Source: Candidatus Omnitrophota bacterium (GTDB lineage: Bacteria > Omnitrophota > Gorgyraeia > JACQQV01). From it: a stretch of 64,000 nt of DNA. The notes under the pieces were generated by a model. That model made no database searches and had not been told where the DNA came from. It saw only the letters and a program-made list of their open reading frames with translations. Location of the stretch: the NCBI GenBank assembly GCA_016206785.1, contig JACQQV010000021.1, forward strand, positions 63,509 to 127,508. The letters run 5' to 3'. Positions 16,447 through 25,988 of this stretch are shown here, one piece after another; position 1 is the first letter of the stretch; every line of letters starts with the position of its first letter. Position numbers and translations under genes: made by a program.

Positions 16447-17550
16447 CTATGGGCGAAGGAGCCAGCGCTGAATGAGAAGGATCAGGGTGAGAACGACACC
16501 GGAAGCGACGTAGGGAGCGCGGACGTCAAAGAGTTGGCCAACCCCGCCCCCCACAATCGGTCCGAGGCAGATGGCAAGACCGATAAACGCCTCGTGAGAA
16601 CTCGAACCGCCGCCGTGAGGACCTGTCTCCTTGAGGCTGACAAGGAGACTCGCAGAATAAGCGGTGCCGGAAAAACAGCCAAACAGGAAAAAAGAGATTG
16701 CCCAAAGAATCGGGTGATAGGTAAAGGCGATGGCGAAGACGGTAAAAATCGCCACGACCTCCCAGAAAAAAAGGAAATTTGGTCTTTCCCATCCTTCGAG
16801 GCGACCCAAAAAGATGAAAAAAAGGACCTGACCGACACCGATCAAAAGAAGAAAAGCCCCGATCGTGCTCGGTGAAAGCCCGAGTGCAAGCCCGTATTTG
16901 GGGAAAAGGCTCCGGAAGATAGAGGCGGAAAACCAGGCGGCGAAATTCGCGAGCCAACAAGCAATGAGAAACTTTCCAGGTTTTACAGAAGGAATTTTTG
17001 AAACAGTTTCTTTTTCCAACGGGCGAACCGGGAAACCCGCCAACAGGAAAACGACCGGAAGCAGAAAAAGGATCCCGACCCAGATCGGGAGGAGCCTTCC
17101 TCTTTCAAAGAGAAACCCCGCTAAGAAAGGGGCGATAATCTGACCCGGGCTCCAAGAGAGATTAAAGAAGCCGACACTCCGCTTTAAGGAAGTGCTCTCG
17201 CTCGCCTGGGAAATCCAGTTCTCAAGAGAAGGCCAGAAAACTCCCATCGCAAGACTCCCGATCGGGTAGATCCAGAAGACCGAAAAAAGCGTTGGCAGAA
17301 AAGGGTAACTGAAGGAAGTTAGGATAAAAAGTGCCGCTCCGAATAAGGTGAGACCTTTGGGCGAATAGCGACGTGCAAATCTTCTATTCGATGCAGCCCC
17401 CACCATAAAGACAAAGGCGCCAATCCCAGAAAGGGCTCCCAGTTGAAAGAGTGTGGCGTTGAAGTGATCGATAAGGTAGAAAATAATCCCGACAAGGATA
17501 ATGGTAAGGCCTGTATTTTGGAAAAAAGCGGAAAGATAGAGAGGGGTCAT
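16447..17550 (-). CDS. MFS transporter, 367 aa
   Basis: About 12 hydrophobic helices with typical MFS loop motifs. ORF track. Confidence 0.75.
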   Translation of the reverse strand: MTPLYLSAFFQNTGLTIILVGIIFYLIDHFNATLFQLGALSGIGAFVFMVGAASNRRFARRYSPKGLTLFGAALFILTSFSYPFLPTLFSVFWIYPIGSLAMGVFWPSLENWISQASESTSLKRSVGFFNLSWSPGQIIAPFLAGFLFERGRLLPIWVGILFLLPVVFLLAGFPVRPLEKETVSKIPSVKPGKFLIACWLANFAAWFSASIFRSLFPKYGLALGLSPSTIGAFLLLIGVGQVLFFIFLGRLEGWERPNFLFFWEVVAIFTVFAIAFTYHPILWAISFFLFGCFSGTAYSASLLVSLKETGPHGGGSSSHEAFIGLAICLGPIVGGGVGQLFDVRAPYVASGVVLTLILLIQRWLLRP

Positions 17551-18863
17551 GCGGCGCTGCCAAGGAGGGTTTTCCCGAAGAAGGAATCGACTTTTACCTG
17601 AAGAAGATCCCCCGGTGCGGCGTATTTGGCACGAAACACCACTTCACGGCTTGTGCGGGTCCTTCCTTTGTATTCGGATTTGTCCTTCTTGCTCTTTCCT
17701 TCCACAAGGACTTCAACGGTCTCCCCCATCATGGAACGTAACTTCTTTTCCGTCATCCGTCCCTGAAGTCTGAGAAGTGATTGATTACGCGCCTCTTTGT
17801 CCTTTTTGGAGACATCGTCCTTAAAATTCATAGCATCCGTGCCGGGTCGCGGCGAAAATTTAAAGATAAAGGCATCATCGAATTCGACCTCCCCCATCAG
17901 TTGAAAGGTCTTTCCAAAATCTTCTTCTGTCTCGCCGGGATACCCTACAATGACATCGGTCGTCACGGCCCCTTTTGGAAAACGTTTTCGAAATTCCTCG
18001 ATCCTCTTTTTATAATTCTCGACGGTGTATCCACGGCGCATATGGGAGAGGATCCGGTCTGAGCCGGATTGAATCGGAAGATGGAGATGTTCGCAAACAC
18101 GAGGATGTTCTCTTATCGCATCGAACAGCTTTTCGTTCGCATAAACAGGGTGGCTTGTCGTAAACCGGATCCGGTGAATTGTATCCGCAGCACGGTTCAC
18201 CTCCCCAAGAAGTGTCGCAAGATCCGTCGAGGGACTCAAGTCGCGGCCATACGCGTCCACGATCTGTCCGATGAGAGTGACTTCTTTATAACCCTGCGCA
18301 TCAAGCGATTTAACTTCGCTGAGAATCATTTCAACCGGCCGACTCTGCGCAGTCCCCCGGACCGTCGGAACGATGCAGAAGGTACAGTTGTGGTGGCACC
18401 CCTCCATGACGGTCACCCAGGCTTTGATTTGTCCCTCGCGGGCGATCGGACGTCCCATGACCTGCGGCCTCTCCTCTTTATCGACCGCTGCAAGGCGTGT
18501 TCCCTCCCCCTGCACCCTCTCAATCAGCTCTGGAATGTCGTAAATATTCCGCGGCCCTGAAATAAAATCGACGTGGGGGAGTCTGTCAAAGATCGCTTCC
18601 TTGTAATTCTGAGCCATGCACCCCACGATTCCGATGACGAGATCGGGCCTCTCCCGCTTGAGTTGTTTCAAATCTCCCACCTTCCCAAAAACCCGATCTT
18701 CCGCATGCTGCCGGACTGAACAGGTATTAAAAAGGATAATATCTGCTGTTTCTTCTTTCTCCGTCGGAAAATAGCCCCTTTCCCGGAGCATTCCCATAAT
18801 GATCTCCGAGTCAAAATCATTCATCTGGCATCCGTAGGTCTGTAGATAAAAGTTTTTACTCAT
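17547..18863 (-). CDS. miaB: tRNA-i6A37 methylthiotransferase MiaB
   Basis: The N-terminus is MSKNFYLQTYGCQMNDFDSEIIMGMLRERGY (MTTase N-domain). A radical SAM CxxxCxxC (CHHNCTFC) and a TRAM-like C-terminus follow. Confidence 0.9.
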   Translation of the reverse strand: MSKNFYLQTYGCQMNDFDSEIIMGMLRERGYFPTEKEETADIILFNTCSVRQHAEDRVFGKVGDLKQLKRERPDLVIGIVGCMAQNYKEAIFDRLPHVDFISGPRNIYDIPELIERVQGEGTRLAAVDKEERPQVMGRPIAREGQIKAWVTVMEGCHHNCTFCIVPTVRGTAQSRPVEMILSEVKSLDAQGYKEVTLIGQIVDAYGRDLSPSTDLATLLGEVNRAADTIHRIRFTTSHPVYANEKLFDAIREHPRVCEHLHLPIQSGSDRILSHMRRGYTVENYKKRIEEFRKRFPKGAVTTDVIVGYPGETEEDFGKTFQLMGEVEFDDAFIFKFSPRPGTDAMNFKDDVSKKDKEARNQSLLRLQGRMTEKKLRSMMGETVEVLVEGKSKKDKSEYKGRTRTSREVVFRAKYAAPGDLLQVKVDSFFGKTLLGSAA

Positions 18864-18874
18864 TCCTCAATGCG

Positions 18875-19129
18875 TTATGCGACGACTTTGTAGACCTTAT
18901 CGTTGGGGTGGACTTTCTGGTCTACTTTAAGGCCCACCTCCTGTCCCACCGCCGCTGTCTCAATATTCTTGTAGTCGATTTGCATGGAGCCGACCTGCTG
19001 AGTGAAATCGTAGCCATGGCCCTTGATGTGAATCGTATCGCCGACCTTAATGCTATCCGTGAGTTGAATCATTCCAACACCGACCTTGCCGAAGTAATGG
19101 GTAATAACTCCAACCTCTTTTTCTTCCAT
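18875..19129 (-). CDS. small EF-Tu domain-2-like (translation elongation factor-like) protein, 84 aa
   Basis: ORF track. MEEKEVGVITHYFGKVGVGMIQLTDSIKVGDTIHIKGHG... has a beta-barrel domain-2-like pattern. Confidence 0.4.
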   Translation of the reverse strand: MEEKEVGVITHYFGKVGVGMIQLTDSIKVGDTIHIKGHGYDFTQQVGSMQIDYKNIETAAVGQEVGLKVDQKVHPNDKVYKVVA

Positions 19130-19176
19130 GGGGCCCCTCCCTTGTTCAGACTTCTTCTAAAACGAAAGTTGCTCCT

Positions 19177-19431
19177 CTACCTAAAAACCTTCTTCCATAA
19201 AAGAAGTAAAAGGACCAAAACCGGGGGGCCGGCGAAGCGGTTCCAAAGACGTAAGCCGTTCCCTGATTTCTCTATCGTGATCTTAAATCCCAAAAGACGT
19301 AACACCCACGTGTAATAACGCGCCGTCCAACGATCTACAAAATGGGGGGTGAGCCATGAAAGGATTGTGAGTTTTGCGACAACAAGGACCAGTAAAAGAT
19401 AAACGGCCTGACCCAGCATTTCACCCATCAT
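19177..19431 (-). CDS. small membrane protein (DUF), 84 aa
   Basis: ORF track. Two hydrophobic segments. Confidence 0.35.
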   Translation of the reverse strand: MMGEMLGQAVYLLLVLVVAKLTILSWLTPHFVDRWTARYYTWVLRLLGFKITIEKSGNGLRLWNRFAGPPVLVLLLLLWKKVFR

Positions 19432-19619
19432 CCAATTCCACCGATATCGTCTTCATCATACTCTTCTATCTTCAACTCGTCTGGACTCACTTCCTCCGGC
19501 ACCTGGTATTCAGATGTTTTTCTACAAACGGTGCACAGGCATTTGGCAATCTTCACCTCTTCATCATAGGAGAAGAATGTCATTTGGGTAGCGCCGCAGA
19601 CCTTACAGGCCGCTTTCAT
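19428..19619 (-). CDS. small zinc-ribbon protein, 63 aa
   Basis: Two CxxC pairs (CKVCG...CTVCRK) and an acidic C-terminus. Confidence 0.4.
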   Translation of the reverse strand: MKAACKVCGATQMTFFSYDEEVKIAKCLCTVCRKTSEYQVPEEVSPDELKIEEYDEDDIGGIG

Positions 19620-19643
19620 GATTGATCCATTATACCAAAAAGC

Positions 19644-21041
19644 TTACAGTCTTACCTTCTGACCCCGTTCCGGGATAAGGGAGTGCGGGATACCCTGTTC
19701 TCTCAGGGCCTCCTGGAGGGTTTCACCTTGGGACCTTTCCCCATGGACAATGAAAATCTGTTTTAAGGTCTTTCCGCACTGGGTGATGAAATTTAAGAGC
19801 TCTTTCTGATCTGCATGTCCGCTAAAGGCGTTTAAGATCGACACTTCCGCCCGAAGCAAATGCGGTTCTCCAAAAATTTTTACACTTTTCTCCCGTTCCA
19901 CGATCCTTCGTCCAAGCGTTTCCTTCGCCATAAACCCGACGACGAGGATCGTATTCTTCGGATCCTCGACGCTGTTTTTAAGATGGTGGAGGATGCGACC
20001 CGATTCGCACATGCCGGAAGCCGAAAGGATCACCATCGGTCCGGAACGTTCATTGAGTTTCTTTGACTCTTCGACGTCCCGAATATACTCGATCCCTTCG
20101 GCGCCGAAGGGGTCTTTCCCCTCTTTCAACATGTTGCGCGTCTTGTCATCCCAGCACTCTGGATGATTCCTGAAAACTTCGGTCAAATTTGAAGCGAGGG
20201 GGCTATCGACATAAATAGGAATGGGGGGGAGGGATTTTTCTCGGATCAACTCATTCAGATAGTACACAACTTCCTGGGTTCTTTCTAAAGCAAAGGTCGG
20301 GACAATCAGCTTTCCTTTTTTCTGAATCGTCTTTTCTACGACAGTTTTTAATTCCACCTTCGCCTTTTGAATATCGTCGTGAAGGCGCCCCCCATAGGTA
20401 CTCTCAATGATGAGATAGTCCAAACGCTCCGGAATCACTGGATCGCGCAAAATCGGAAGAGAGGCCCTTCCCAGATCGACCGCATAGGCAATCCGGATCG
20501 ATTTCGGTTTTGCTGCAATCTCAAGCACTGCGATCGCGGACCCTAACACATGTCCTGCATCGTAAAGGACACAGGTCGCCCCCTCCACCACAAGAAAAGG
20601 TTTTTCGTACGATCTCTCGAAGAAACGTTTCAAGGAATGTTGGGCGTCCTTTGTGGTGTATAAAGGATGACGGGGAGGAAATCCTTTTCTGCGATGAATC
20701 TTATTGACAAATCGGATGTCTTCCTCTTGGATATGGGCGCTGTCGAGAAGCATATGGGTACAGAGATCTTTCGTCGCTTCCGTCGCATAGATCGGCTGGT
20801 GAAAGCCGCTCCGGATGAGGTTCGGGATATTGCCGCTATGATCAATATGGGCATGTGAAAGCACCATGGCGTCGAGGGACTCTGCCTCGAAGGGGAAATG
20901 CCGGTTCACTTCATACGATTCATTCCGTCTTCCCTGATAAAGTCCACAGTCGAGAAGAATCTTTTGGCCGTTCGCTTCTACCACATGCATGGAGCCGGTA
21001 ACATTTTCTAACCCGCCTAAAAATTGTATGGAGGAATTCAT
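19644..21041 (-). CDS. MBL-fold beta-CASP RNA-metabolising hydrolase (RNase J-like), 465 aa
   Basis: Carries the HAHIDHSGNIP metallo-beta-lactamase motif, with beta-CASP-like downstream motifs. Confidence 0.8.
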   Translation of the reverse strand: MNSSIQFLGGLENVTGSMHVVEANGQKILLDCGLYQGRRNESYEVNRHFPFEAESLDAMVLSHAHIDHSGNIPNLIRSGFHQPIYATEATKDLCTHMLLDSAHIQEEDIRFVNKIHRRKGFPPRHPLYTTKDAQHSLKRFFERSYEKPFLVVEGATCVLYDAGHVLGSAIAVLEIAAKPKSIRIAYAVDLGRASLPILRDPVIPERLDYLIIESTYGGRLHDDIQKAKVELKTVVEKTIQKKGKLIVPTFALERTQEVVYYLNELIREKSLPPIPIYVDSPLASNLTEVFRNHPECWDDKTRNMLKEGKDPFGAEGIEYIRDVEESKKLNERSGPMVILSASGMCESGRILHHLKNSVEDPKNTILVVGFMAKETLGRRIVEREKSVKIFGEPHLLRAEVSILNAFSGHADQKELLNFITQCGKTLKQIFIVHGERSQGETLQEALREQGIPHSLIPERGQKVRL

Positions 21042-21412
21042 GGCTGTCCCGTCGGACCCCCTTGTTGGGCCCGCCGATAGACATACTGATGGATACGGTC
21101 TCTGTCCTGGAACTTAAGTTCCAGGAATTCAACGCCCATCTCGAAGAAAGCGACCTCCCCGTCGGCCATCTTCTTGGCTTTAGCCCAACTCACCTTTCCC
21201 TGTGTCCGAAGAGGAGGAAGATTATCCGGAAGATGGATGATGAGTTCGAGGCGAGTATTCGCCTCTATGGCCTTGTGGAGGGGAAAACGGAGCCCCTTTC
21301 CGCCGATATTCTCGCACATCACGGAATAACTTTCTCCGCCCCCTCCGCGAAGAAAAACCTCGACGGGAATCGTGGTATCCAGTCTTTCGAATTTTCCTCT
21401 TTTACGATCCAT
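21038..21412 (-). CDS. PilZ-domain protein
   Basis: PilZ-like sequence (RLELIIHLPDNLPPLRTQGKVSW...). The likely start is MDRKRGKFERL at about 21412. The track ORF extends to 21466 and overlaps the LOG gene. Confidence 0.55.
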   Translation of the reverse strand: MDRKRGKFERLDTTIPVEVFLRGGGGESYSVMCENIGGKGLRFPLHKAIEANTRLELIIHLPDNLPPLRTQGKVSWAKAKKMADGEVAFFEMGVEFLELKFQDRDRIHQYVYRRAQQGGPTGQP

Positions 21413-21989
21413 CACTCTCCAAGATTTCCCGGAAGGCCCTGGCTGCAGCCTCGGGGGTAGAAACAAACCGTATCATTTGCTTCATACGATCCGCTTCCTT
21501 CGTAAAATGAAATTGGGGATCTGTCCCGGATTCCTGTCGCGCTTTTTTGACAGTAGCCTTCCAAAAATTTCCAAGAAAAACCATCGGTTTGAGCGGCATA
21601 AATTTTTTGTGGGTGTATTCCAAAACAAGGCTTACCTCAAGAAGGGTTCCTGTTCCTCCTTTGAAAACGAGATACCCATCCGCAATCGTCACCAGACGCT
21701 CAAGTCGCTCAAGGAGACTCCGTTTTTTCTCCACGCGATCGATATAGGGATTGGCCTTGAGGTTTTTCCCGGAGAAAGTGATGCCGATTGTTTCTCCGCC
21801 GGCCTCCTTGGCCCCCTTTGCAGAAGCCTCCATCGTTCCCCCAAACCCTCCATTACAAAGGAGGAAGCCGGCACGGGCAAGGGCCTCTCCGGTCCGACAG
21901 GCCAAAAGATACTCTTTCGAGCCCGGTTTGGGCCTGTAGCTCCCAAAGAGTGTAATAATCTTGGATCCTGTGCGAGGTTTGACACCCAT
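21402..21989 (-). CDS. LOG-family (TIGR00730-type Rossmann fold) protein, 195 aa
   Basis: Carries GGFGGTMEA...GGTGTLLEVS, typical of LOG/cytokinin riboside 5-prime-monophosphate phosphoribohydrolase-like proteins. Confidence 0.75.
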   Translation of the reverse strand: MGVKPRTGSKIITLFGSYRPKPGSKEYLLACRTGEALARAGFLLCNGGFGGTMEASAKGAKEAGGETIGITFSGKNLKANPYIDRVEKKRSLLERLERLVTIADGYLVFKGGTGTLLEVSLVLEYTHKKFMPLKPMVFLGNFWKATVKKARQESGTDPQFHFTKEADRMKQMIRFVSTPEAAARAFREILESDGS

Positions 21990-21997
21990 TTGGCTTT

Positions 21998-22006
21998 ATT
22001 ATATCA
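21998..22006 (-). promoter_or_regulatory. extended -10 promoter candidate (TGATATAAT on minus strand) abutting the LOG gene start
   Basis: Plus-strand attatatca 21998-22006 is minus-strand TGATATAAT. The ATG at 21989 lies 8 nt downstream, which implies leaderless mRNA. Confidence 0.35.
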
Positions 22007-22139
22007 AATAAACCCGAACTTTCCCGGATCGTCCATCTCTGTCACACCATATAATTAACTTCTGTCTCTTTTAACACAACCTAACTTGTTTAAAATAAAT
22101 TAATTAAGAAAATTTATATTGTTGCTTACCCGAAATATC

Positions 22140-22168
22140 TTGCATTTTAACCCTGCGTCATGTAAAAT
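22140..22168 (+). promoter_or_regulatory. sigma-70 promoter candidate for rpoN: TTGCAT-N17-TAAAAT
   Basis: TTGCAT at 22140-22145, a 17-nt spacer, then TAAAAT at 22163-22168, 21 nt before the ATG at 22190. The region is AT-rich. Confidence 0.4.
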
Positions 22169-22189
22169 TAGGGTAAACTTAAGAAACGT

Positions 22190-23527
22190 ATGAAACTCAT
22201 TCAGCACCTTGAACAGCGTCAGATCCTTGCCCCTTCTTTAAGGCAAGCACTCCATATTCTTCAACTCTCCACCCTGGAACTCCAGACCCTCATGGAAAAA
22301 GAGCTCCAGGAAAACCCCTGTTTGGAAGAGGAGCGGCCCCGCGGGTCGCAGGAAAAGACACTCCCCTTTGAAACGGTTGTTCCCCCCACATCCCATTTTT
22401 CAGCCTCTGAAGAGGATGAGGAGATATGGAACTACCGGGAGAGTTTGGTGACCAAGCCGATAACGCTGGGTGAACATCTGCTCCATCAGCTCCGTCTCTT
22501 TTGTACTTCAGAACAGGATTGCCGGATTGGGGAAGTCCTCATCGGCTCCCTCGATGAGAATGGATACCTCCGTGAGTCGGTCGAAGAGATTGCGGCCCTG
22601 CATCATGTCTCCCCCACCGACGTCGAACGGCTTCTTTCTCTCATTCAGGGATTTGATCCTCTTGGCGTCGGTGCACGCGATCTTGCAGAATGCCTTCTTC
22701 TTCAACTCGACTCCCACTCTCCGCTCGAGTCCACAATCATTCGTGATCACCTCTCGGACCTACAGGCCAAACGAGTGGACCTCATCCAAAAGAAACTCAA
22801 GGTCTCCGAAGAAAAACTCAAGGAAGCGGTCCGCCGCATCATGGCCCTGGAACCGAAGCCGGGACGTTCCTTTAGCCATCCCAAAACCAGCTACGTGACT
22901 CCTGACATCACTGTAAAGAAGGGGAAGGAAAACACCTTTGAGATTCTCCTCAATGATGAGGAACTCTCCCCTCTACGACTCAACCCCACCTATGAAAGGC
23001 TTTTAAAGGGAAACAACCTCTCCGAATCAGATAAAACTTTCTTAAGAGAAAAAATGCAGTCGGCCCAGTTTCTCATGCGGGCCATTCGCCAAAGGAAAGA
23101 GACACTCCAGCAACTCGCAGAAGCGCTTGTCGCGTTTCAGAAAGAGTTTTTTGAGCAGGGCCCCAGCGCTCTCAGGCCCATGACGATGGATGAGATGGCG
23201 AGCTGCATTCAGAAGCACCGTTCGACGGTAAGCCGGGCGGTCAAAAATAAATTCATCCAGACTCCCTATGGTCTTTTCGAGATCAAATTCTTCTTCACGG
23301 GCGATATGGGCAGTTTGGAGAACGAGGGAGTTTCTTCGAGAGCGGTTAAGGAAAGAATTAAAGAATTGATACAAAATGAAAATCCCGCCGCTCCCTTAAG
23401 CGACGACGAGATCCTTCAAAAACTTCAGGAAGAGGGGATTTCGATTAAACGTCGGACGGTTTCCAAATATCGGCAAACCCTTGGGTTTTCTTCCTCTTTC
23501 CTCAGGAAAAATAGACTTTCCCGTTAA
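22190..23527 (+). CDS. rpoN: RNA polymerase sigma-54 factor RpoN, 445 aa
   Basis: The N-terminal region I is Gln/Leu-rich (LRQALHILQLSTLELQ). The C-terminal RpoN box is KRRTVSKYRQ, and a HTH precedes it. Confidence 0.9.
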   Translation: MKLIQHLEQRQILAPSLRQALHILQLSTLELQTLMEKELQENPCLEEERPRGSQEKTLPFETVVPPTSHFSASEEDEEIWNYRESLVTKPITLGEHLLHQLRLFCTSEQDCRIGEVLIGSLDENGYLRESVEEIAALHHVSPTDVERLLSLIQGFDPLGVGARDLAECLLLQLDSHSPLESTIIRDHLSDLQAKRVDLIQKKLKVSEEKLKEAVRRIMALEPKPGRSFSHPKTSYVTPDITVKKGKENTFEILLNDEELSPLRLNPTYERLLKGNNLSESDKTFLREKMQSAQFLMRAIRQRKETLQQLAEALVAFQKEFFEQGPSALRPMTMDEMASCIQKHRSTVSRAVKNKFIQTPYGLFEIKFFFTGDMGSLENEGVSSRAVKERIKELIQNENPAAPLSDDEILQKLQEEGISIKRRTVSKYRQTLGFSSSFLRKNRLSR

Positions 23528-24549
23528 AAAATCACCATCGTGAGCTTGGCGAGTTGCGCCAAAAGATCCAAGTTTTGGGCCTTGAGGCGATTTTCCCGCT
23601 TGTGACTATTGATGCTTAAGATCCCTAATACCTTCTCCTGGCGGGAAAGAGGCATGACAATTGAAGAATCAATCTCGCTTCTTTTCAAGCGGTGCTTCAG
23701 GGCTGGATCGAGGGGCATTTCCGGATCAATGAGAAGCGGCCGATTCCGCTGGGCCACCCATCCTGCAACCCCTTCCCCAACTTTTACCTCCGCTTTCTGA
23801 ATCACTTCCTCGTTCAATCCGAGGGCGGCTCGAATACGAAGCGTCTGGGAAGGTGAATCCAAAACCATCACAGAACCAGAATCGGCTTTGGTCGCCCGCA
23901 GCGCGAGATCAAGGAGGGTTGAAAAAAAGTTGTCCAATTCATCGGGCTTCGTCGCAAGATCCTTTTTCCAGGAAGAAGTGAACTCAGAGAGGATCTGTTC
24001 GTGTCCTCCCTTGAGAGCGGTCGGTTGGACAAGATAATTACAGACTTCCGACAAAAGCTCAAGCATCGCCTTCATGCCGACGAAGGAAAAAAGTTTTGCT
24101 TCCTGATCAAGGCCCTCCAAGGAAAGAAGATCCCATCCCTGCTCCTTGGCCAGTCCCTCCAATTCCTTTTGGGATCTCCTTGAACCGAGCAAAAGAGGAC
24201 CTACGACAAGATAGGCCATGACCCGTGAAGATTCACTAAAAATGGGAATTACTGCGTAGGTAAAACCGAGCGACTCGGTCCCTTCCGCCGCCGCGTGTGT
24301 GGCTTCGCTTTTGCGGATGAGGCTCTGAATGACTTCGGAAGGCGTCCTGAATTTCAGTCGGGAAGGATTTTTGGCAGCGGCGATCAACTCCCAGATTTTC
24401 GGCGTGTGTTGAGGGAGGGTCAACAGTTTCGCCCTGGGGTCAACGGTGTAGACATCTACGCCCAGAACTTCTGCGAAACGGCTCAGGATGAATGCCCATT
24501 GATCGACATTGATAAGATTCGGTAATGACTCGCCGCCTGGTTCAACCAT
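23524..24549 (-). CDS. GAF-domain protein, 341 aa
   Basis: ORF track. A GAF-like C-terminal region (MVLDSPSQTLRIRAALGLNEEV...SIVMPLSRQEKVLGILSINS). It converges with rpoN. Confidence 0.55.
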   Translation of the reverse strand: MVEPGGESLPNLINVDQWAFILSRFAEVLGVDVYTVDPRAKLLTLPQHTPKIWELIAAAKNPSRLKFRTPSEVIQSLIRKSEATHAAAEGTESLGFTYAVIPIFSESSRVMAYLVVGPLLLGSRRSQKELEGLAKEQGWDLLSLEGLDQEAKLFSFVGMKAMLELLSEVCNYLVQPTALKGGHEQILSEFTSSWKKDLATKPDELDNFFSTLLDLALRATKADSGSVMVLDSPSQTLRIRAALGLNEEVIQKAEVKVGEGVAGWVAQRNRPLLIDPEMPLDPALKHRLKRSEIDSSIVMPLSRQEKVLGILSINSHKRENRLKAQNLDLLAQLAKLTMVIF

Positions 24550-24584
24550 AGATGTCCCCCCATCTCTTTGAGAGTTAACCTGGA

Positions 24585-25988
24585 TTAAACATGCTGAAGC
24601 GCCTCACCCCTTCCTCCAAATAAATTGTATTTTCTCATCTTATTATAGAGGGTGGTGCGGTTGACACCGAGAAGCGCGGCCGCTTTTTTACGATTCCAAT
24701 GGCACTCCTGAAGAGTTCTTAAAATCATCTCTCTCTCCGGTTCGCCGAGCATCTCTTTTAAGGAGCGGCTTGTCGTCTCTCCTCCTTCGGCAGAAACCGA
24801 CAGTTGATGAAAAAGATCGGGTAGATCTCCTTCGGTTAAAAGATCTCCATGCCCAACGATGGTTGCCCGTTCCATGACATTCTCGAGTTCCCGGACATTG
24901 CCCGGCCACTGATACGCTTCGATCGCCTTAAGAAACCCATCCGAAACACCCGAAAATTTCTTTTTGTTCTTCACTGAAAATTTTTTTAAAAAATGTTCGA
25001 TAAGGACAGGGATATCCTCTTTCCGCTCACGGAGCGAAGGGAGCCCAATCGCAATGACATTCAGTCGGTAATAAAGGTCTTCGCGGAACTTTCCTTGCTC
25101 GATGAGTTCTTCCAAATTCTGATTGGTGGCGGCGATGATCCGGACATCGACCCGAATGGTCTTGGTGTCGCCGACCCGCTCAAATTCCCCCTCCTGGAGG
25201 ACGCGGAGAAGTTTAACCTGAAGCGCCGGCGAAAAGGTGTCAATTTCATCCAGAAGGATGGTGCCGCCGTCCGCCAACTCGAAACGCCCCATCCGGTCCT
25301 TGATGGCACCGGTGAAAGCGCCTTTCACATGGCCAAAGAGTTCGCTCTCCAAAAGGGTCTCAGGAATCGCCGCGCAACTGACCTCCACGAAGGGTTTGTC
25401 CTTCCGAGCCGGATCATTCGCATGAATGGCCAAAGCGACCAACCGTTTCCCCGTACCACTTTCCCCCTTGATGAGAAGGGTCGCTTTCGTATCAGCGATC
25501 GTCTCGATCAAGGTATAGATCTTCTGCATCTTCTCATGTTTTCCAATGAGCTGATGGAAGGTATCACGGCCTGTGCGGGCCAGTTGCTGCCGGAGGGCGA
25601 TGTTTTCTTCGATGAGGTTTTTCTGTTCAAAAAGTTTTTTGATGACGATCTTGATCTCACCGTCCATGATGGGCTTGGTGATATAATCGGCCGCCCCAAG
25701 CCGCATCGCCTCGACCGCCTGATCAATCGTCCCGTAGCCCGTGATGAGGATCACGGGGATCTCCGGGTGCTTTTCTCTCACCTGCTTCAAAAGATCTATC
25801 CCGGAGAACTTCGGCATTTTGATGTCGGCGATCACGATATCGATCGGAAGCCGCTCGATTTTTTGCAGGGCCTCTTCCCCATCGGAGGCCATCTCCGCTT
25901 CATACCCTTCGAAACGAAGGGTTTCGTAGAGAGATTTCCGAATGAGTGGTTCGTCGTCGACAATGAGGATGCGTCCGTTACCTGGCAT
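24585..25988 (-). CDS. sigma-54-dependent response regulator (NtrC family; candidate PEP-CTERM-system regulator PrsR-like)
   Basis: Receiver domain [14 protein letters not shown]...D, AAA+ sigma-54 activator domain ([28 protein letters not shown]), and a C-terminal Fis-type HTH. The likely start is [10 protein letters not shown]; the track ORF starts at 26015. Confidence 0.9.
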   Translation of the reverse strand: MPGNGRILIVDDEPLIRKSLYETLRFEGYEAEMASDGEEALQKIERLPIDIVIADIKMPKFSGIDLLKQVREKHPEIPVILITGYGTIDQAVEAMRLGAADYITKPIMDGEIKIVIKKLFEQKNLIEENIALRQQLARTGRDTFHQLIGKHEKMQKIYTLIETIADTKATLLIKGESGTGKRLVALAIHANDPARKDKPFVEVSCAAIPETLLESELFGHVKGAFTGAIKDRMGRFELADGGTILLDEIDTFSPALQVKLLRVLQEGEFERVGDTKTIRVDVRIIAATNQNLEELIEQGKFREDLYYRLNVIAIGLPSLRERKEDIPVLIEHFLKKFSVKNKKKFSGVSDGFLKAIEAYQWPGNVRELENVMERATIVGHGDLLTEGDLPDLFHQLSVSAEGGETTSRSLKEMLGEPEREMILRTLQECHWNRKKAAALLGVNRTTLYNKMRKYNLFGGRGEALQHV